A stretch of 63,973 nt of DNA, the filler included, from Trypethelium eluteriae (Eukaryota): assembly GCA_051942245.1 (NCBI GenBank). It is 3 parts of 3 records of this genome, joined end to end, with 100 filler letters (N's around TTAATTAATTAA, not from the genome) between each part and the next. Parts side by side here need not be neighbours in the genome. Positions count along the whole stretch, not along the records: positions 43,804 to 63,973 come from JAVECL010000502.1; 2 more parts are not named here. The stretch is one strand, 5' to 3'. The translations under genes and the position numbers were made by a program. This document shows positions 56,901 to 63,973 of the stretch, one piece after another. Positions within the stretch are counted from its first letter, which is position 1. Each line of letters begins with the position of its first letter. A model generated the notes under the pieces. The model saw only the letters and a list, made by a program, of their open reading frames with translations. It was not told where the DNA came from and made no database searches.

Positions 56901-59030
56901 TAGGATCTGACGCCAGTGTTGGATCGAGCCTTTGCAACCGCTGGTTTCGCAGAAGAAAATCGTTAACTGATTGATGGATAAATTGCACTGTCGACTTATT
57001 TCCTGGTCTGACCTCGATGAGTCCTTTGGACGAGTCCGTGATACGCCTCTGGATGACTTTATTGGTAATTCTAGTGGGGTTCCATGGTTCTATCAGCCGT
57101 GGAGCTACTTCCATCATGGCAGCGATAAAAAGCTCTTCAGACATAAGTGGCTGAGAACTGAATAACACCCACTGCAGCATAAGCACAGTCTCGGCTTTGC
57201 GTGTTTCATCTTTAGCCAGCATAGAGTCGAACACCTTTTCCAGATCTCCAGGCAGATTGCTTAGCGTTTTCTGTATCTCCTCAATACGACCAGCGCGAGC
57301 GTCTTTGTTCAGTATAGCAATGACAAGCACGGCCCACAGAAATACGCCATCCGCTTTTTCCTGGATAGCTTGCTTTATGTTTTCATCTTCTACCTCGAGC
57401 TTATCAGAAACATATTTGATGATGTCTTGCCGATGCTGTTCATTTTTCTCCACTGTCAATTCAAGCTTCTTCTTCATGTCAATCAAGGGGTAGTGACGGC
57501 TTGAGAGGCAGATTCTGAGCATGGTCTTCGATTGAACAGCCTTGACACTCAGTATTTCCAACATGTCAACGACATCTTGCACATCTGAATCACTGCATTC
57601 ATCCAGTGCGTCAATAAGCAGAAGAGTCGGCCTTAAGTATCGCTGCATAATCTCAGAAATAATGAAGTCACGCAAGTCTGACATCCACCATTCCAGCTTC
57701 CCAGCTTCATGCATCGTCTGTTTCTCGTGAAAGCGTATCATAAAATGGTCACGGATAGTATCATCACCTTGCATGAGCTGGTACACTATGGACCGCAACA
57801 ACCCAAGAGCAGTCTTCTCCAGTTGCTCGCCGCGAGCATTAAAGAAGTATGCCACTACTAAATGGTCGCCCAACTCTTGCTTATAGTAGTGTAACATGTG
57901 CTTCATCAGTGTCGACTTCCCTGCTCCTGGCTTCCCTTTAAGCCAGAGTACTCCGTTATGGTCTGCCAAGTCAATCTGGTCTCGCCATTTATAAAACTCT
58001 GTTGTCTTAAACAGCCAGTCGCATGTATTGAGATGGGCGGAGGCTACATCGTTCTGCCGAGCTTGAAGGGTGGAGAAACCAAGAGAGCGGAGGCAGACTG
58101 TATAATTCTCTTCAAAGCTCCGAAGGCTGCCTCCGCGTCCGATAGAGGGCTTATTTTGTAGGCCCGGGTACTGCGATGTGACTACGGATAGTCAATATCG
58201 TTTAGTGATTATGCCTGAAGGGAGAACTGTTAAAACATACCGAGTGCATCCTGGGCTTGTGCCACACCTGACTCGTGTGGCTGTATAGGTCGTCCTTCTA
58301 TCTCTTTCTTAAGACGTCGAAAAGCATGATCTTCTCCCTCACCATAAATCGGTGACAAGAAGACGCCAAAGATGCCCAGCAGACAGTAAGCTTTGTCTTC
58401 TTCTATTTTCGTGTCGCGCTTCTTGACCCAGCTCATACGATCATCATTGCTAAACTCCTCAAGCCTGTATTTCCTTAGCGCTCTGGTGGGAATTCCAGTG
58501 ATTTCGTGAATATCTTGTTCTAGCGATATCTTGTTGCCTAAATTCTTTCCATTTGCAGAGAAGAATTCGACTGTGGCTGGCGCAAGGAGCTCTTGCAATG
58601 TCCAGCCTCGAGAAAACCATACACTCCTTCGGAAAGTGTTTCCCCATGTGATCGGGAATGCTTGAGCATCAACACTTTCATCTCCGACGTATACGTCTGT
58701 GAGATACACATAGCACTTGGTCGCTTGCTGATACCAGCGGAACATGCTGTTGATAGCTGTGCTGAGTTCGGTGTTGTTTGTCTTATCGATACAGCAAGTA
58801 TCTACCCAGAAGTACTGGAGGCCGTCACTTGCTGCCTTGTCTGCGCAGAACTGTATCTTTTTGTAGCCAGCCTTGCTTTTGCCGATGCCAGCTTTGACAT
58901 CCTGATAGCTGACCTCCTCTTCGTTGTCAGTAGCCCAAGTGTGGGACAGTATCGCGTACTTAGGAGTATTCTTGTTGCCGAACTCGCGGAACGTTAAGTC
59001 GCCATTGGAGTGGCACTGTAAGAGGCGCAT
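53929..59030 (-). CDS. NLR-like protein: HET + NACHT + ankyrin repeats + C-terminal extension with two TM helices (about 1648 aa)
   Basis: Exons 59030-58241, 58181-55096, 55048-54464, 54414-53929 all join in frame. HET motifs YAILSHTW, WVDTCCIDK, AINSMFRWY, WFSRGWTLQEL; Walker A GKPGAGKST; Walker B LLIDALDEC. Confidence 0.85.
55855..56472 (-). repeat. Six near-identical 99-nt ankyrin-coding tandem repeats
   Basis: Unit GADxxAQGGxYGNALQAASxxGxxEIVKMLLDA, highly similar at DNA level. Confidence 0.95.
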
Positions 59031-59569
59031 TGCGAGGCCTTCTGTGACCAAGGCTGGCAGAGATGCGTGTGTAGTACACACTACCTGCGTTGGTCATCGC
59101 ATCTATCGAGGTCGGGCTCACAGCAGAGATATCAGTCGAGAATGAGGGTTTCAGGAAACTGGGGAGCGAAAGGAAGTGATGTTGAGCATTCGTGGTGCCA
59201 CTGCTGGAGGAAGGCAGGCGTGACATGGTATCGGTATGCAGGGCCGCAGTACTTGTGGCGCGGGTTCGAAAGCATTGTCGCATTGCTATGCTAAGAGGCT
59301 CTGCATAGCCACACCTTTGCCTAGCTGGCATAAAATGCATAATGTATAGTCCACTGTAATGATCGTATCCAAAGTGCGGGGTTTTTTTCTCGCTAGCTGA
59401 AAGTAGTAGTGGTATCAGCCCCGAGGTACACATGCCCTCCCTGCAAAGCGAAAGACACCCCCGGGATTAAGAGGGATACTTACGTGTCTAGTTACTATAT
59501 TCTGTAGTGGCAAGCACTAGAAATACTGCGTGGAACATCGCGTGGGTATCCTGACGCCGTAAGGCGACG

Positions 59570-62500
59570 CGCGGTGATGTGTCTGTCAACAGAAACACCA
59601 AAACACCAACAGCACGAAACCAACGCGAAAACACGACAATCACCGCAAGAACACGACCTTTTGGGGACGATACCAGATCAAAAAGCGATAGATGGTACTT
59701 AGAAAACACGACAGAAGCCCCAAATCGCCTCACACTGAATCTGCCTTACGACAGTCGAAGCGTACCCCGTTACCATCAGCGAAAGCCCTCGCCGCCGCAG
59801 TTAACAATGGTAAAATTCGTAATATTATTATGGCATTAAGAAGACAGGACACCTTAGGGAAGGACATCCTTCAGACCCTGCACGAGATGGAATCACGCCG
59901 TATCTCAGACATACAACAGCTGGCCCAAGGTTATGAGAAGGGTTTCCAGAAACTCATAGAAGAAAACAAGTTATTAGTGGAAAGCAACAAGGCGCTTGTT
60001 TAAGAATGCAAGAGTCTAGCAGATAAAATAGGCAGAATGGAAAACAACATGGCAAAGGTAGAAGGCATGCTTGATAGCCTGGAGAAAGCAGTGTTATTAA
60101 TTCCAGCAACATCTCAACCTCGCTCATATGCTTCAGCAGCCTCAAGTCCCAATTTACTCCCCCCCACTATTGCCGTGACACCCCCTAACTTAAGGCCAAA
60201 CCTCGTCTATTTCCAATCAAAGTATAATAAGGGATGCGGCCCGAGCTAGACACCAGCTGCCCATAGTAAAATTAAACCTTAGGGATACGCAAGTAGGAAT
60301 TAAGAACATAAAAGAACTACAGGACCTAATAAACTATGCCCTCCAAGCTACAGCTGAACTGTCGTCAGTTACGTGTAATGCAGTAGTGCCAAAGCGGAAG
60401 GAACACATCAGCTTTTGATGTTGTTCACGGAGCTAGGATGACAACCAACTGCCGCATCTCGGAATCTAAGGCTTCCGGCAATGTCAAACGCCCTAGTAGT
60501 AGTAGCTACACGAGGAGTCTCAGCATTACGAGGCTCATATAGAGGCTACTACGCCTGATATCTAGAGAGACAATCGAGTTCCTCTCCTCCTCAGATAAAG
60601 ATGCTCAATTAACATCAGCTTTGTCTTCACGAGCGAACAACAAGCGCAGGGGAAACAAAGAGCCGTGGAAGAACCTGGCAAATAAGGACTTTTTACAAGC
60701 TTGATTAGTTAAACGAGAAAGGTTCAAAGTCAAGCTTATAGAAGTCAACAGGCATCAAATTGGCAACCCCAATAAAGGAGAGGCTGTTGCTAAGGATATA
60801 ATAGACCAGATTAATAGCGAGAATAGACTTTTTATCCAGACAATGCGACTCCTCAGTCAACCATCTGAGCGCCAAACAGTCCAACTTGTGCTGGTATATA
60901 CATCACAGAATGAGAAAGACAGCCTCCTCCAAAAAGGGTATATTGCAATCCAAGGAGCACTTGCTTATACCTACGAATTCTTCAAATCCCCGGTGTTATA
61001 ATGTAAGAAGTGTGGTGAATTCGACCACATAGCGCGGAACTGCAGGAATCCACAAAGGTGTCTGAATTGCACTAACAAAGGTCACAACGCACTGCTCTGT
61101 ACTAACGCTGCTCGCTGCTGCAATTGCTTTGGTAACCACCATAGCCAAACCATCTCATGCCCCGTTCGCCAGCGACAGACACAGCATAGACAACCAAATG
61201 ACTGGTAAGCCACTTCAGCATGGTGGCCGTTCCGGACCCTAATCTATGCGTGCCAATCCCTCCGAGCGCGTCAAGTGGATATTCCCTCGAAGGATCTTAC
61301 AGCGGTTGAATTCCAAACTGGAGGAAAACAATGCCTGGCCTTTTCAGTATACATCCCACCAATCGAAGGCATGGCTAGTCGCAATAGCAAGATCTTAGAC
61401 AAAGCCCTACGCCATATCAAGAACATGTATGCACAGTATCCAGTCCATGAGGTTTTCGTCGGAGGCGACTTCAACCGCCACGACCAGCTCTGGGGTGGTG
61501 ACAGAATCCGTCATGATGAAGGTGAAAGGATAATTCAGTGCATAGACTAATTGGCCCTTTAATTGATACTTCCACGGGGCACGGCTACGCACGACTCGGG
61601 ATCCATGATAGACCTAGCGCTTGCGTCAAGCGGCCTTGCAAGCGATCTGATTAAGTGCCAGCCGTGGCACACTGCATATGGATCGGACCATGAAGCGATT
61701 GAAACTCAGTTTGCCCTTAATACCTATGAGCCTTCTCGCGAACCGCGACGTCTGTTTTGAAACACCAATTAGCACAGGACATGTCAGTTGGCTGCCAGAG
61801 GTCTCCAACAGCTACCTCTCTCCGACAATACGCTAGACACGCCTGAACAGATTGACACCTTTACTGCCCGCCTCACCAAATTGTACAGCAAGCAGTGCTG
61901 CAGTGTACACCCGTTGCTAAACCATCGCCGTACGCCAAACAATGGTGGACCCTCAACCTCACTCAGCTTAGACGCAACTTCACCCGGATCAGAAACGAAG
62001 CTCGTGCCCAACAACGCGGATACTCGCGCGACAGACAGCTCAATGAAATAGTTAGGAACGCCCGAAAAGAATTCCATGATGCATGTAGGCGTTAACAACG
62101 ATCTAAGTGGAACGACTTCTTAGAGACTGGCCAAAACATCTGGAAGGCTGCGAGGTATTTTCACCCGGCGGAACAGAGTTAATTCGGTTCCATACCAGCA
62201 CTGGAAACACTAAATAGCCTCCGCATAAATAATCCCGCAATCTTAAAGGAACTTATTATACAATTCTTTAGTAAGACAGCACAAGTTAAGGAGTATACGC
62301 CATTGCGGAATATACCAATACCATTGCGCTGGGAGGAGCTATCTAAAGAAGAAATCCATGTGGCAATTCTTAAGGCGGCTCCTTATAAAGCCCCTGGTCC
62401 TAATGGCCTGCCCGCCATAACATGGAAAATGCTCTGGCCAGAGGTGGGTAGCCATATCGTCGCCCTTTTCCAAGCAGCAGTTTAAGTAGGGCACTTCCCC

Positions 62501-63973
62501 GATCTATGGAGGACTGCCAGAATCCTGCCTCTTTAAAAACCTGACAAATGTAACTATAAACTGGCAAAAGCATACCGGCCCATATCGCTCTTAGCCACAT
62601 TGGGAAAAGCATTGGAGTCGGTCCTCGCAGAGAGACTTTTATATCTAGATAAAACACACAGTCTTCTGCCCAAATGTCATTTCGGAGCCTAAAAACAGCG
62701 TTCTACTATTAATGCATTACAGCTAGTCATAGAGGACATCTATCAAGCTTGGAAGCAAAAGCATATAGTCACACTGCTAAGCTTTGACTTGAAGGGTGCC
62801 TTTAACGGCGTCCATAAAGATATCCTTGCCCAGCAACTGCAGGTAAGGAGAGTTCCACTGCAGTTAATACGCCTATGTTACAGTTTCTGCTCAGACCGGA
62901 AAGCGTCAGCCATAGTTAACGGCACGGAATCGGACACCATGGATATTGCCCATGCCGGGCTTCCTCAAGGTTCACCACTCTCACCCATTCTCTTTCTATT
63001 CTATAATGCAGACCTACTCAGCGGTAGACTCTCAAGCAACTTGGGAAAGATGGCCTTGGTCGACGACTTTACGTAGAACAGTGGAGCAAAAGAAGCGGCG
63101 CTACATTTGAACCCGATAAGACACAGATGATACACTTCTCCCGCAACAACCGCCATCCTCAATTCGAAAGTTGTATAAGGTTTCAGGGCTCAACTATCAC
63201 TCCAAAAAAAGAGGTCAAACTATTAGGCCTTATTCTGGACCAAAGGTTGTCATTTCACTCTCACACAGCACGCGCAGCGAAATGGGGGGAGAAAGCGATC
63301 CTAGCACTATGACGACTTCGAGGTCTGCGGCCTACAGCAGCCCGCCAACTGTTCCTAGCTACAATCGCTCCCGTTACGGACTACGGAGCCCCAGTGTGGA
63401 CTCCCTGCTCATCCATGCAAGTGCAGAGTTGTATCAACCGGGCAATAAAGATAGGGGCGGCAGCGGTCACAGGAATGTTTAAATCAGCAGCGGTTTAGGC
63501 ATCAGTGGTTAAGGCAGGACTGGAACTCCCTCAAGATCAACTCCATCAGCAGGTACAAAGGAATTGGTTTAAGCTTTAGTACAAACTGTTTCACCATATC
63601 AGCTGGTCACTTATTCACCGGCTGGATCAGATAGGAAGTTACCAGTTACCGCTTAAAGTAACAGCGGCCAAGTATGGATTTCTAAACTCAGATGAGGTAG
63701 ATCCCATTCCAGCCTTTGCCAAGCCACCCTGGCAAGTGGGTCCAGATATTATGATACAGACCCAACAGAAAGCAGTATGGACTGCAGGGCTTGTAGCCCG
63801 GGATCCAAACGCGATAGCCTTCTACACTGATAGCTCAGTCAGAAATGAACTTGCGGGTATCGGGATATACACACCACCACCCTTCAGCCTACAAATCTCG
63901 ACCACCTTAAACCGTGGCCCTAAGCCAGACCCAACCCAAATCGAACTCGAAGCGATACGAGTTGCTCTACACG
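59570..63973 (+). mobile_element. Degenerate LINE (Tad1-like non-LTR retrotransposon), runs off the window end
   Basis: ORF1 with three Cys/His knuckles near 61000-61165. ORF2 endonuclease GGDFNRHD, IDLAL, GSDHEAI; RT KAPGPNG, YRPISLL, QGSPLSPILF, VDDF; RNase H FYTDSS. Many in-frame stops. Confidence 0.93.

Noticed and set aside
43804..59500. Starship giant transposon
   Set aside because: Cargo-like content, but no tyrosine recombinase captain or element boundary is visible in the window.

Overview
Eukaryotic, intron-containing DNA from a filamentous ascomycete (Pezizomycotina-type genes, RIP-like TE decay). Two 100-nt N gaps carry an artificial TTAATTAATTAA six-frame-stop linker (21811-21910, 43704-43803), so the window is three pieces whose adjacency is unproven. 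Piece 1: a damaged NACHT/NLR gene cut by an LTR, then conserved genes (SET3-like PHD-SET, carboxylesterase, Rad4/XPC family, queuine tRNA-ribosyltransferase, HOS3, partial DUF1774-like). Piece 2: an HExxH protein and a small conserved protein, then the main feature, a compact 8-gene terpenoid/meroterpenoid glycoside cluster (24768-38518), followed by TE debris. The cluster has three P450s, an FkbM methyltransferase, a CloQ/NphB-type ABBA prenyltransferase, a Caps_synth/AfumC-type glycosyltransferase, a short UbiA-family protein and a stand-alone class II terpene cyclase beta-domain of the AstC/DrtB type lacking its HAD phosphatase domain. No PKS, NRPS or canonical terpene synthase is present. 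Piece 3 is accessory DNA: a PTH11-like membrane protein, a truncated P450, a PD-(D/E)xK-like protein, a HET-NACHT-ankyrin NLR apparently fused to a membrane-anchored C-terminal domain, and a degenerate LINE. All family calls are from motifs read by eye and all exon boundaries are manual; no database searches were run.
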